Below, one piece after another: positions 25,831 through 38,868 of a DNA stretch of 64,000 bases. Both the position numbers and the translations under genes were made by a program. The stretch lies in NCBI RefSeq assembly GCF_964213995.1, contig NW_027590369.1, positions 186,001 through 250,000 on the forward strand, written 5' to 3'. The DNA comes from Mustelus asterias. Taxonomy: Eukaryota. The notes under the pieces are model-generated. The model saw only the letters and a list, made by a program, of their open reading frames with translations. It did no database searches and was not told where the DNA came from. Position 1 is the first letter of the stretch. Every line of letters begins with the position of its first letter.

Positions 25831-28800
25831 GCCAACATTTAGCCAATATGCCGTATCTGCCATGCGCATATCCCATTCGTCCTGCGAATGTGGCACCCTT
25901 TTATTTACCCTGACGGAATCTATGTTACTTTATTTATTAAACTACTTTTTTCGATCAATGACTTTATCCTGCGCTTCCAACCAGTGCCATCACTCTCCCC
26001 GGTAGGCCTTCCACGGGGAGGTTCACATATAGAGATACACACTCAACAGCTGAGAACGGATTGTCTGTGCTCGTAACAAAAGCATTCGTTTCCAATATTT
26101 TCCCTGATGCCATAATACATCATATAGTTTGGAGTTCATGCTGAGAAATTCGCAGCTTGAACCTCTCCACAATGTGTAACTTTAGTGGTTCGCTCCTGGT
26201 GGGTAAAACTGGGACATTCCATGCAAGGTACGATCCTGTGAGGACGACAATTTTGGAGCTGCACGATACCAGTGCGACCCTGCCTTTGAATACCCACCCC
26301 ACCCGCACTGTTAATATGCTGACAGTGACCAGAGTGCGAAATGAGACAGGGACAGCAGTGATAAATGCAGCGAGTTTCATTCAAATGACTTAAAAAGCAT
26401 AGTGTCAGTGTGTCATTGCATAGACAAAATCATCCAGAGATCCAAATAACAGGAATTAACATTGTCCTCCATCTGATCCGCAGGCACTGAATCCCGATTC
26501 GGTAGAAAATAAGCTTCCCCAAAAGGACGAAAATTGTAGCACTTTAAAGTCTCTGAACATTATGCGGGAATTTCGTTTTCCTCTTCTTGAAGTTGGTCAG
26601 CTCCACAGACTCCATCATTTTCTTAACATCCTGCCAAACAAAATCCAAAAGGATAAATTAATGCCACTACCCAAGAATCTGACGGGTCCTCGGCCTAAGA
26701 AAGTTGTGACTCGGTAAGCAATTGCTTCTCCTTGTGCTGCTTAACCGAATTGTTTGCACACTCCAAGCGAGCAATGCACTGTGTGTGCTGGTGTGCATTG
26801 CTTGACATCTGTGTTAGCAATATGCCATTAGCAGCCTTGCCGACAGGTTGCTGTGAACAAAGCTGTGGAATGTCCTCGGTCATCCTATCCCCTTCTCTTC
26901 GACTATTTTAAGACAGTCGCCAAATTATAATTTTGATAAATATTTTTCGAGCAGTTCCATGCGTGAGCTAACCAACAATAGGAGCAGAGTATTTGTGCAA
27001 AGTAGCCGAAGTGAGGCGTGCCCATGTTAGGGGCAGCCTGGAACCATGTACAGCGTTCCCAGTGTTGTCTCGCAAATTCATGTGCAGACCAGAGTTGAAT
27101 CTTGACACAACATATAACGTTTTTAACGTTGAGAAAACAACGCCCCAGTCTGCCTGCCAGGAACATGTTGGAAATAAAACTACCAGCAAATCACAAAAAC
27201 AAATTTCTGTTAAATGTGGATACAATCTTTTTGGAAGATTTTCGTTTCGAAAAATGGCTTGAAGGATGAGAAGAAAAATGATCAGAATGAGGGAGGGTTT
27301 TTATGTTCGAGTATGTTACAGACACAGGGAAGAGAGTGCCTGCGGGGGTTTTGAACTGTGCTCGATGATTAAACCACCGTATCACTGAGGGGAAGTATGG
27401 GCAACTAAAATACCCGAGGCTGGTTAACTGACGCACGTTAAAACATCGATTTCTTTTGTTCAAAGTTTAGAACTGACATGGTTACATTTCCATTTGAGCA
27501 GGCCATTATCGGCTGTCCAGCCAAGCGGGGCTGATTAATTTTAGCCAAATATCAGCTATATTCTGTTGGTATGATAATACAGCCTTGAAGGACCGAAAGG
27601 CCTACAAATGTTCCTCGAGACGTTTCAGTAGATCCTTTACTGAGAAACGTACTGATCCGCAAGCAAATCCCTTGCGTTCATTCGTTTATCAGCATTGACT
27701 GATGCAGCAGCAGTCGGAACGCAAAGAGCGACAGGAAAGTATTCCTCATTTTCCATTAACCACCTCAGTGTCACAGTTTGACCAGTGGATCAGGGATGTT
27801 GTTTACATGCTGTTGCCCTGTCGTTCGTGGTTAATGGTCACAGGGACATTCGGGTCCTAACATTAGCATGTTAAATGAATGGTTCATTAATTGAGAAGAC
27901 CAGTGACTGCAATCAAATAATAAATCATTCTCCAAGGTTTATGTGTCATTTTGGTGATAGTCAAAGTCATATCTGTCTAATGATTGATTCGGTGAATTTC
28001 AAACTGAAATCTTCACCGTGCTTAAAGTCATAATAATTCTTTAAGTAGGCTGCCATTTCGCCCATCGTCCCCATGTCGGCTCTTTGAAAGAGCCACCGAA
28101 TTGTATCTATTCAACAGATGCTCTTTACTCATTACGTTTCTTTTTGATTCACTTTGAAATACTTATTAAAGCCCCTTTTCAAAATTTGCTCTTTAATTTA
28201 TTTCCATTTTTCGCTCGGGCGGCTGATACCTGATCTTGACATCTCCTTGTGTGGAAAAGGATTCAAATGAAGTGCCAATTGGAGTTTTGCTCAGTTTTCC
28301 TCATTTTTGTCTGATGAGATTCAAATTTCTTCCTGTGTACATATCCCACTGATACTCGTAGAAAAAGAACTCCACAGTTCTCCCCAGTGTCTTTTACCCA
28401 ATATTCATCCATAGACCATTATTTTGAAAGCTTGCTGTGCAGATATTATGTCAACACTGACTGAGGAATGTTGTTACGGAAAATTAATTGAATCCATTTC
28501 TTTCCACCATTTCAACTGTGATAACAACTCAGTAGCGACCTAATATATGTACAGAGACATTCTGTGTTGTTGCTTGGTGCAAAATTCTTCTTTTCATTTA
28601 CAATGTTACCTGAAATTAATCCCTCTCTTAATGCTCTTTATGTGACCCACCCACCCTCCCACCTTTCACTCTCTGACATCTCTCTCGCGCTCTCTCTCTC
28701 TCTCCCTTTCTCTCTCCGTCTCATTGTCTCTGGCAGCCCCAGTCTCTAGATATGACCCACCAACTGCCAGTACAGCTGTCCATACTCTCTCACTGAATCG

Positions 28801-29635
28801 CCATTTTGTCCAGTCATTATCTTCTTGATGATGATTGGCCTGGAAGCATTGAAGACAGCTCAAGACCAAACGATTTTCACATAGGAATGTGGACAGCCTC
28901 TACCTTTGAGCTTTTCCACAGACCGTTTAGAACAATACTCTCAATTCTCATTGCCAAGTATTTCTCTGCTCTGGGAAATACGATCTCGCTTTCTCACTTC
29001 CGATATATATATCTGGTACTTACATCTCTCTAATAACATCCCCTCTCATTGTTTCCTTGTTTCTTTCAGATCCTTGCTTTCCCCGTTCTGATTCTATATT
29101 TCCCCCAACTACGTTTTCTTGCCCCACCTCCTCCCTTCCTCGCTTTCTTTATTCGTGGCTGCTTCTCCTTCCCTCACCTTCGCCGTCGTCCTCTCAGGTG
29201 CCTCTTTCACCCTGCATTATCCAGCTGCCAAGTTGGTTCATTAATTGTAATTTCAATACGCGAACGTAGCGTTAAATACTTGCCTCCTAAGTGGAACTTG
29301 CCTGTCAACACTTGCCATCCAGTCTGACATTTCTCTCAAGTGCGAGGAATGAGCTATCCCTGGATATGAAACAATAGCTCAATGCCAGTCTATGGGGACA
29401 ATACACAGAATATCAGCTATAGAGTGTCCGTTTCTCACCAACACAATTAATTAAATAGAGCAACAATGATGTTTTGTTTTTATATGAAGGGCATTGGGAT
29501 GAATAGAGTTTCACCAGTTCGCATGGAATACATGACAGGCCATGGTATAACTGCAAGATGTGGCATGAGTTGGCATGGACATCGGATGGGTGAGTGCTGT
29601 TGGGCTGTGTTTGTTTTTTGCAGGAAACAAAAGTC

Positions 29636-30058
29636 CTGTAAGAAGTCTCACAGCGCCAGGCTAAAGTCCAACAGGTTTATTTGTTAGCAAAAGCCACTAG
29701 CTTTCGGAGCGCTGCTCCTTCGTCGGGGAAGTGGGAGTTCTGTTCACAAACAGGGCATAAAATGACACAAACTCAATTTACAAAATAATGTTTGGAATGT
29801 GAGTATTTACAGGTAATCAAGTCTTTAACGTACGGACAATGTGAGTTGAGAGAGGGTTAAGCACAGTTTTAAAAGATGTGTATTGTCTCCAGCCAGGACG
29901 GTTAGTGAGATTTTGCAACCCCAGGCAAGTCGTGGGAGTTACAGATAGTGTGACATGAACCCAAGATCTCGGTCGAGGCCATCCTCATGTGTGCGGAACT
30001 TGGCTATCAGTCTCTGCTCAGCGACTTTACCCCAGTCCAACGCCGGCATCTCCACATG
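29636..30058 (-). mobile_element. Penelope-like retroelement 3' fragment (endonuclease C-terminus, hammerhead motif, inverted terminal piece)
   Basis: Minus strand 29939-30026 reads VAEQRLIAKFRTHEDGLDRDLGFMSHYL* (GIY-YIG tail); downstream CCGACGA-A-GGAGCAGCGCTCC-GAAAGCTA; 30027-30058 carries the terminal segment in inverted orientation. Confidence 0.85.
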
Positions 30059-30574
30059 AAAAAAATCCTGGAAAACCAAGGCGGAACAGTCTGACCCTGT
30101 AGTTACTTCGGCATTGATTCCAGAGCAGCATCACTCCTCGTAACAACTCCATCACTCCAAAAAAAAAAGACCGAAAATTATTCGGTAACGGTTTCTCAAC
30201 TCAGCTTTTCAGAATCTGGAAAGTACACAATTCGGATGATAATCTTTTATTCTCCAAGTCGAATTTGCCCAACTTCCACAAGATATCAACAGAACTGAAG
30301 TCCATAATGCCTGGAAGCAGTTCCATTGCACCTTGATTGCACTTTCTGTCATGCCTTCACTCTCTTTGTAAAGTGTAATTATAAACTATACTGCAGTTTG
30401 GACCAGTAATAGATTGATTTTAACTGGTGCAGTACATCTTGTTTTCTATAGTATATAGTCCTATTGATAAGTGACCCAGCTTACATATTTTCCAGGTTCT
30501 CATTTTAATTTTCGTTGCTTTTCAGCATTATTTAGTTTTCATTAATTCATTTGGGGGATTTGCCCACACGTCAT

Positions 30575-30912
30575 CATAGAAACCTACAGTACAGAAAGAG
30601 GCCATTCGGCCCATCGAGTCTGCACCGACGACAATCCCACCCAGGCCCTACCCCCATATCCATACATATTTTAACCACTAATCCCTCTAACCTATGCATC
30701 TCAGGACAGTAAGGGGCAATTTTAGCATGGCCAATCAACGTAACCCGCACATCTTTGGACTGAGGGAGGAAACCGGAGCACCCGGAGGAAACCCACGCAG
30801 ACACGAAGAGAATGTGCAAATTCCACACAGACAGTGACCCAAGCCGGGAATCGAACTCAGGTCCCTGGAGCTCTGAAGCAGCAGTGCTAACCACTGGGCT
30901 ACCGTGCCGCCC
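30575..30912 (-). mobile_element. HE1-type SINE
   Basis: Near-identical to 4177-4512; A and B boxes, core and CR1-like tail. Confidence 0.92.
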
Positions 30913-32264
30913 TGGTTGTCTTTGAACGGAATGGCTTGCTCGGTGATCTCAGATTATTGAATAATCAATCAGATTGCTCTGCATTTGAGTTGGACGCAGG
31001 GTAGTCCAGGCTAGAAGGTTATCTTTCTTAAAAGACCCGACTGAACCAGGTGGGAATTTGCGACAGTCGACAAAGGTTTTACCGTTCACTATTGGAGATA
31101 TAATTTCAGATTTTTATTGAGTGCAAATGTTTCAATCCGCCTGGAATTGAAACTTGATTTGGAGATTTTGACCCTTGGTCTCTGGAATATTATCCAGAGA
31201 GAATCCCGCTCCGCCACCGCCTCCCAGGTCACCTATTTGTCGAAACGTGATGCGAGAATTGTTTTACTGATGTATTCCGCGTGAATAGTTTGTCCACTTG
31301 TTATAGCTGATGCCCCACCGTCAGATCATGAAATGTCCCCAGTCCAGTTGGACAGCGAGCATGGAAATCGAAGTATTAGCCTGAAAATATTTATATATAT
31401 ATATATATATATGTTTTGCATAGTTTACACATCTCTGCAAATTTGGAACTCTATCTCCGGTATTTATTGGAGCCCAGTGGAGTGCCCCACATAAACGTGG
31501 CCATGCAAAATTAATTTCACAAATCCAACTGAATTAGTTCATTCATTCTGCTCTCAAGGCCTTGCGAGCTATGCTCATATCATGGAAAGAGAACATGGCG
31601 TTGAGATAGCGGTATGTTTGGTATTTTGATGGCGATGTTTTCTGTCATATAGCTGAAAGCAGAGTTGCCACACTTTATATTTGTGTTCAAATAATGCCGC
31701 TCTTCAGCTGCTTACTATTTGGTTAAAACTTTGCGTTGCCCGCAAAAATGACAGGAAATGAAACCGCTGCTCCTGACTGCTGCAGACTGCGGCCCGCAGA
31801 CATTTGGATCCGAATCACCCCGTCATCGAATTTAGCCGTTGGAATCTTCATGTGCAGGCTTTTTAAAATTCCAAATGTTGTCATCCAATAACACATTGGT
31901 CTCTCCATTGCTTGGCTATAGTTAGGCCCACTGCTCAGCATATCAGCAGCCAATGTAGGGAGGACGAAGCCTATGATTGAACCAGCAGCACATAGTCAGT
32001 CTCAGGTTAGTTATTTTTGATTCTAGTTTTGAGAGGAATGAGTGACAGGTCTGTGCAGCCTGAAGCAGCTGCAGAATCTTGGCGGCTGGAATGATTTGAT
32101 TTGATCAGGCCGCACTTCCTGAGGCCCGAGGCAGCGTCCAATTGAATTTGTTCCGGTATTGGTGGAGGGGTGTGGTCAAATCGCCAGTGCGGATCCTCAG
32201 GAAGTTAATGCGGGACTGAAGGGAGATCTATCGGGATGGACTGGGAACTGGGGAAGTCGCGGAG

Positions 32265-32358
32265 AGGCTGGGATGTGTGAAGCCATAGCTGGCCTGGGAT
32301 GTGAAAGTCACAGCTGGCTTGGGATGTGTGAGTCACGGGAGAATTGGGATGTGTGAAG
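32265..32358. repeat. Short degenerate minisatellite (about 25 bp, gggatgtgtgaagtcacagctggc)
   Basis: tgggatgtg recurs four times at about 25-26 bp spacing. Confidence 0.6.
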
Positions 32359-32502
32359 TGATGGCGGACCCAGAGAGAGAAAAGTTTCGTTGGGTGCAGG
32401 CATGGTGATCTGGTCACGATGCGGCAGTGAGAGTTTTTGCGCAGTGAGAGTTGTTTTTTGTGAATTCCTGCGCCACAGTGTGAGACCGTGTGTGGAAGTC
32501 AT

Positions 32503-32529
32503 TGTGTGTGTGTGTGTGTGTGTGTGTGT
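32503..32529. repeat. (TG)n microsatellite
   Basis: Direct inspection. Confidence 0.95.
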
Positions 32530-34280
32530 AGACAGAGTGAGTGGTGTGGCAATCAGAGTGAGTACCTGTGTGTGATGTCAGTGAGTGTGCGTGACTGAGT
32601 GCGTGACTGAGTTGAAGTGAAATTGAGCGATTTTGTGCGCGCAGCAGTAAGAATCAGTGAGAGTCAATGGCAGTGACGGTATGTTTCTGTAACGTTGAGT
32701 GTTGGCCTGTGTGTCACTGAGAGTGGGTGTACATCTGCAACATTGAGGAAATGAGTGAGGGAGAGTGACTGCACCTTACTCTCAGTCCCACGACTCTCCA
32801 TTACTCTCAACTTTCTCCACCAAGATATACACAAGAACCAACGCGCAGTGACTGAGGATGAGTTCGTGAACAGCTTGAGACTGGGAGGATCACATAAATG
32901 CTGAAACCTTCGCTTGGTAATGTTTGCTAAATTTTCGCTTCAACTTTTCAAGTTAATGAAGTGACATTATTTTCATTTCTCTCAGCATTTCAAAATAATG
33001 TTCATAAAGCCTGAAATATATATTGACGTTCAGTATATTGTGGTGTCAAGTTTTATTATTCCAAAGTGTGCTATCAGCAACTTGATGGAGAAAACATGCA
33101 AATATGATTCCCCAAACGACAAGTTTGCAAGAGCCAGATGCAGAACCAACAAAGCGAGTCCAGTGATTACATTCTTTGCATCAAACAAATCTGTTGCATG
33201 CACCTTAATCTCTGCACTAATCGCTCACATGCACAATGGGGATGTGGAAGAATGAGATTCTCAATCTCGGCTCGGACATTTTCTGTGAAAGGGAACAATT
33301 TGTTAATTTTCTTTTACATTGTTGAGATAGGAACCCTCCGCAGTTCACTGTATAGTTCACATGGTCAGGCAGTAAGCTACTGATTCACTTGGGAAATAAT
33401 TTACTCCGCTGAATTGTTGCAGTTTTTCTGACCGTGTGGCGGGAGGTTTCCGATCTATTTCATGCTTTCAGAAACTTAATTTTTTGGACCACAGACTGCT
33501 GCAAACGAAGACTCAATAAACACATTTGCTCCGGAGAGAGAGAGAAAAAAATAGACTGTGTGATGATGCATCTAGCAAAGCATTAACCTGCATGTGTTAG
33601 CAAACGAGTTTGCATATACAGCGTTAATAAAAATTTTCGTGTTGTCTGATGCTCTTATTCTATGGTATCTGAAATATGTAGTTTCAGTCTGTATCGGATA
33701 TTTCAGGAACTAAAACTGGGGGTCGTGTAATTCTGAATAACGAGAACGAAATGTGAGTGCAGAAACTTGGGAATAAGGGAGACAGCGGTTGCCCTGCAGA
33801 TAAATTGGGCAGTAAGTGGGCTCAGGGGCGGCATTTTGTTGCAGAAGGCCGAATAAAGGGGGATCTCCCGGCTACAGGAAGCATATTTACCGGGGATATA
33901 AAAAACTATAGAAAACCGAGCGAAGAGGAAATAAAAACGAGAAGGAAAAGTAAGAGTCACAGTTGGCATACGGGGAAATTTCGGTCGAGAACAGAGAATA
34001 ATTAATCACTATTCCGAGCCAATTACAATTAAAACCGAAAAAAACGAACTGTCACTGCTGCAAATGTGAGAGAAGGAAACATAGAAATGGAGGCAATATT
34101 CATCACCTGCTGAAGCGTTTCCAGAGAGAACGAGAGATAAGGATTTTCTTCTATTACCTTTGATCGAAGCGGGGAGAATAAAGGGAGAGCTATGTTATTC
34201 CAGTGCTGTTGAGCAACAATTATCAATTGAAAATCTAATCTGATAAAGCTTGTGAAGGCAAAATATAAAATATGTATTTC

Positions 34281-34603
34281 GGGCAGCACAGTGGCACAGA
34301 GGTTAGCAGTACGGCCTCACAGCGCCAGGGACCCGGATTGAATTCCAGCCTCGGGTGACTGTCTGTGTGGAGTTTGCACATTCTCCCCGTGTCTTGCAAG
34401 GATTTCATCCGGGTGCTCCGGTGTCCTCCCACTGTCCAAAAATGTGCGGATTCGGTTGATTGGCCATGATGAATTGCTCCTTTGTGTCAGGCGAAATAGA
34501 AATGTAAATATGAGGGGTTATGGGGATGGAACCTGAGTGGGACAGTTGTCGGTGCAAGTTCAATGGGCCAAATGGCCTCCTTCTGCACTGCAGATTCCAT
34601 GAG
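34281..34603 (+). mobile_element. HE1-type SINE
   Basis: gggcagcacagtggcacagaggttagc...gtggagtttgcacattctccccgtg...ggttgattggccatg...ggcctccttctgcactg. Confidence 0.88.
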
Positions 34604-35310
34604 TCCAACTACTTTCTCCAATGTTGCTTAACATTTGAACACTTTTCATATTAAAGTGATAACCTGTATTGATCTTGCGCTTTCAACATCTCCTGACGTC
34701 ATCAAGAGATATAGTGTCAAATAGACATGTATTAATCTTTAATCTGTTTTCGTTTCCGTAATTTAGGACATTAGTCATACTAACACTCGGGTTTTAAATC
34801 CACCTGAGTGCTCAAGTGAAGCTCGACGGTTCATCTTTCATCCAAATGATCGTATCAAACATAATGGCACTTTCCATAAGTACGGACACTCTATACAGGA
34901 CGACATTCAAAACAGGTTATCCAACATAGCAGCTGCAGCACCGAGTGTACAGCATTCGCAGCGCACTGGCATTCTGAAATCATTCCACTTGTGACGGAAA
35001 AATAAACAAGTGAAAGCAGAGAAGTGGCGTTCTACTTCACCGAAAGTGGCTCATCCGTTTCTGTCCCCACATGTTACCTAAATACTGCCGACTACCACAA
35101 GCTCTGTATGACTGTACGTCCTAAAATAATTGATGAGCTTGCAGACTCCAATAATTATCACAATTTTATTGCAGGACCATAAATGTACTTCAACTTTCGA
35201 TCGATATCAATAAGATATAAACTGTAATTATTTCACTGTGAAATTACAATTATAATTGTAATTTCTGCTTAAACCAATTGTGTTAATCTATTTTCCTATT
35301 TTACAACTTC

Positions 35311-35492
35311 AGGATAAAGTGGTAAATGCTTTCTTAACATTTAAGAAAAACTTGGACGGGTTCATGGATGAGAGGGGTGTGGAGGGATATGGTCCAAGTG
35401 CAGGTCAGTGGGACTAGGCATAAAATGGTTCGGCACAGACAAGAAGGGCCAAAAGGCCTGTTTCTGAGCTGTAATTTTCTATGGTTCTATGG
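35311..35492 (+). mobile_element. CR1 3' end fragment
   Basis: TFKKNLDGFMDERGVEGYG; ttctatggttctatgg tail; possible TSD tacaacttc / tacaatttc. Confidence 0.75.
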
Positions 35493-35600
35493 ACTACAAT
35501 TTCTAATTAAAAATCGTTTGGAAACAAATATAGGTGTGAATTAGTTGCATCAATTATAATTTGTCTGTGGGATGATACATTCGCGCCATTGCCTGAATAT

Positions 35601-36505
35601 TCAGTCACGTGCAGCAGTAGTTTTAGTAATTAGATTTTTCCCACATCGCAGCGTCCTTCTCAGCTCTGTCCTGAATTTGGATTGGGTTAGAGCGTACATA
35701 CACGTGCTGGTACAACAGTTCAGTGTACTGAGCATGTCAGCGCTTTCATGAATCACAGCAACAGGGTGGTTGAAGTCGGGGAAACTGTAGCTTTCAGTGA
35801 GCCGTGAGAAAAGGAAGAGGCCGATTGTCGGCATTCACAACAAGATGAAACTCGCCGAGGCAGCAAAGAGCAACACCAGGGCTTTCCTCCGATTCTGCAT
35901 CTCGGGGTCCGCAGAACTCTGACCATCTCCCCGGAATCCCCGCCGGACACGACTGGCCACCAGGACGTGCCTGACTGTCAACAGGTTGAGCAGCACCACA
36001 GCCAAGTAAGGAACTAAGGGATTTAAAATAATGTTCATCCAGTCAAATGCTCTCCAGGCCTGCTTAGATTCAATGCTGAGACCGTCTCTATGTTCGTTTT
36101 GCAGGTTTTTATGATCATAGTAATGTATATTTGTGAAATAATTTGGGATGCTTCTCAAATATGTCGCAAGATAAATCACCACAACCACCAGAGCTGCAGA
36201 TTTCGGAGTCCAGTAAGTTCCTCTGAACTTCTGGCAGCAGATTGCCACGTAACGGTCAAAAGTGAAGGACACGGTTAGCCATACTGAGCAGTCAATCACA
36301 GCGGCACTCATGATGGAGTTGAGGCCGTAGGCTACGCTGTTAAGGTAAAACACCTGTGGGAAATGGGGAACCAGTATATGGTTTACCAGAACAAGAAATG
36401 AGAGGACCAGGACGTCTGCCGTGACCATGGCGACCAGGTAGATAGTAGTGCTCTTGCACAGACCGCAATCCCTGAGTTGGAGTGTTAGCATCGTGATTAA
36501 GTTGG
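35601..36505 (-). pseudogene. Exon 2 of GPR139/142-like GPCR (locus 3); full length except one in-frame TGA at 35835-35837
   Basis: Acceptor ttctttatttcag|CC AAC; ANLITM..CGLCKSTTIYLVAMVTADVLV (TM1-2), DCSVWLTVSFTFDRYVAICC (TM3), PLVPY..LLNLLTVRHVL (TM5), DPEMQNRRK..FILL* (TM6), LNCCTSTCMYALTQSKFR (TM7); ORFs 35835-36539 and 35601-35834 are in the same frame. Confidence 0.92.
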
Positions 36506-36859
36506 CTGAAATAAAGAACAATTCAGAGAGGTTAGACAAAAGAGCTACAGGACTTAGAGTGAGTTCAATAATGTAAAGCCAATGTCCTTTGGCTCAAATG
36601 CAATATTTATTTTACCACTTTTATATGTTTGTAATAGCCCCCACCTTGAAAACTTCAGACAATCTGCAGTACAGCATTTCTCCTCCATTTTTATTGGAAT
36701 CCATGCTTCAACATTGCGGTCTCTATTATCTCTGCAACTTACGCCTATAACTCGCTGCCACGTTTCTCTTCTCCATTTAGATGCTTTGTAAAATATCTTA
36801 CATGACGGCAAGGTGAGATCTTTAGTGATAGATATCCATAGCTGGATATCTGGATGTCT

Positions 36860-37760
36860 TGGCAGCTAAACAAACGGAGCACAGAATGCAGACAAGAAAT
36901 CAAGGATTCTCCAGCGCCGAGATTTGGAAGACTGCAAATATGAAAGATGGTCGTGATGTTGTATTAAATTAACGGTGCACTGGAGGGCATGGCCATGGAA
37001 GAAATTGGAAGTGACAATGCGACTGTTACATGTTAACGTGCAGTTCCAGGGCATTAGGAGGAAGACACGGAGAATGTTAGCCTTCATTTCAAAGGGGCCG
37101 AGTGTAGAATTGTGGAACGTGTTCAGCGTTGAAAATAAGTTTTGTGACACACCCTAGAATTCTGTGTGGAGCTTTGCGCTTCTTACCCAAGGTGTGGAAT
37201 ACTTGCATTTTTAGAAGGACTCAGTGATAGCAATCGCGAGCTTTTGACTTACAAGGCAACGTTCGACATGTGGGGACTATAGAAATTAGAGTTCTGAATT
37301 GTGAGAGATGAAACAGTTGCAAACATTAAATATTCTGGCGGGAGCTTTTCAGTCCAAATGCAAAGTGCATGCTTGCACCATATTACATTTACTGAAGGAA
37401 ATATGTTACTTTAATGCAGGCAGTTGTGGTAAGGTTAACTATAATGATTCACTGCAGAGAGCGAGTGTCTTATGAGGAAACGTTAAACAGGTTGGGACAC
37501 TGCTCGTTGGAATTTAGACGAATGAGAGGTGATCTCAATCAAATACAGAATTTTTAAGGAGCTTGACAGGGTAGATGCGAAGAGGATGATCGACCTCATG
37601 AGAGAGTCTAATGCTACAGGACATTGTTTCGGAACAAAGGGGAACCAATTTAAGAATGAGAGGATGATAAATTATTTCTCTTGGAGGATTGTGATTCCTT
37701 AAAATTCTCTGCCCAGACAGCAGTAGGGGCAGAGTCCTTGTGTAAATTTAAGGTTACAGA
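36860..37760 (+). mobile_element. Decayed CR1 ORF2 3' fragments in the GPCR intron
   Basis: RMLAFISKG; LEFRRMRGDL; CR1 C-terminal remnants. Confidence 0.65.
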
Positions 37761-37767
37761 GTGTATT

Positions 37768-38020
37768 TATTTATTAGTTACAAGTAGGGCTTACATTAAA
37801 ACTGGAATGACGTTACTGTGAAATTCTCCACAGTCCAGCGCCTGTTCGGGTCAATGCACTTAACCAGCACGCCTTTCAGAATGTGGGAGGAAACCGGAGC
37901 ACCCGGAGGAAACAGATGCAGTCACGAGGAGAACTCCACAGAGACGGTGACCCAAGCCGGGAATCGAACCAGGGTCCCTGGCGCTGTGGAGCAGCTGTGC
38001 GAACCACTGTGAGACCGTGC
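37768..38020 (-). mobile_element. HE1-related SINE
   Basis: tgtgggaggaaaccggagcacccggaggaaac...gacccaagccgggaatcgaaccagggtccctggcgctgtg. Confidence 0.85.
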
Positions 38021-38114
38021 GTAAGACTGAGTTAGATCGACTTTTCATCAAAAAGGGAATCAAAGATAATCGGTAAAAGGTAGGAAAATGGACCTGTGGA
38101 ATCGGATCAGCCAC

Positions 38115-38868
38115 GATCCAATTGCATTTGGAATATTGTGTTCAGTTCTGGTCACCTCACTATTAGAAGGATGTGGAAGCGCTGGAAAGAGTGCAGAGGA
38201 GATTTACCAGGATGCTGCCTGGTTTGGAGGATAGGTCTTATGAGGAGAGGTTGAGGGAGATGGGGCTGTTCTCTCTGGAGCGGAGGAGGCTGAGGGGAGA
38301 CTTACTAGAGGTTTATAAAATAATGAAGGGGATAGATAGAGTGAACGTTCACAAGACCATAAGACCATAAGACACAGGAGCGGAAGTAAGGCCATTCGGC
38401 CCATCGAGTCCACTCCACCATTCAATCATGGTTGATTTCAACTCCATTTACCCGCTCTCTCCCCATAGCCCTTAATTCCTCGAGAAATCAAGAATTTATC
38501 AATTTCTGTCTTGAAGACGCTCAACGTCTCGGCCTCCACAGCCCTCTGTGGCAATGACTATTTCCTCGGGTGGATGGAGCTATTACAAGGGGGCATAACT
38601 ATAGGGTTCATGGTGGGAGATATAGGAAGGATATCAGAGGTAGGTTCTTTACGCAGAGAGTGGTTGGGGTGTGGAATGGACTGCCTGCAGTGATAGTGGA
38701 GTCAGACACTTTAGGAACATTTAATCGGTTATTGGATAGGCACATGGAGCACACCAGGATGATAGGGAGTGGGATAGCTTGATCTTGGTTTCAGATAAAG
38801 CTCGGCACAACATCGTGGGCCGAAGGGCCTGTTCTGTGCTGTGCTGTTCTCTGTTCTATGTTCTATGC
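38115..38868 (+). mobile_element. CR1 3' portion with a nested antisense CR1 tail (about 38355-38554)
   Basis: [33 protein letters not shown] interrupted by gaccataagaccataag...ctctgtggcaat, resuming at gactatttcctcgg; ttctatgttctatg tail. Confidence 0.88.

Noticed and set aside
35835-35837. Selenocysteine codon in the GPCR
   Set aside because: The position corresponds to Trp rather than Cys, and I saw no SECIS-like element; no SECIS search was run.
36554-36811. Alternative exon 1 for locus 3 (donor-like gtaagt near 36740)
   Set aside because: No hydrophobic TM1 segment; 41853-41922 fits the motif and phase exactly.
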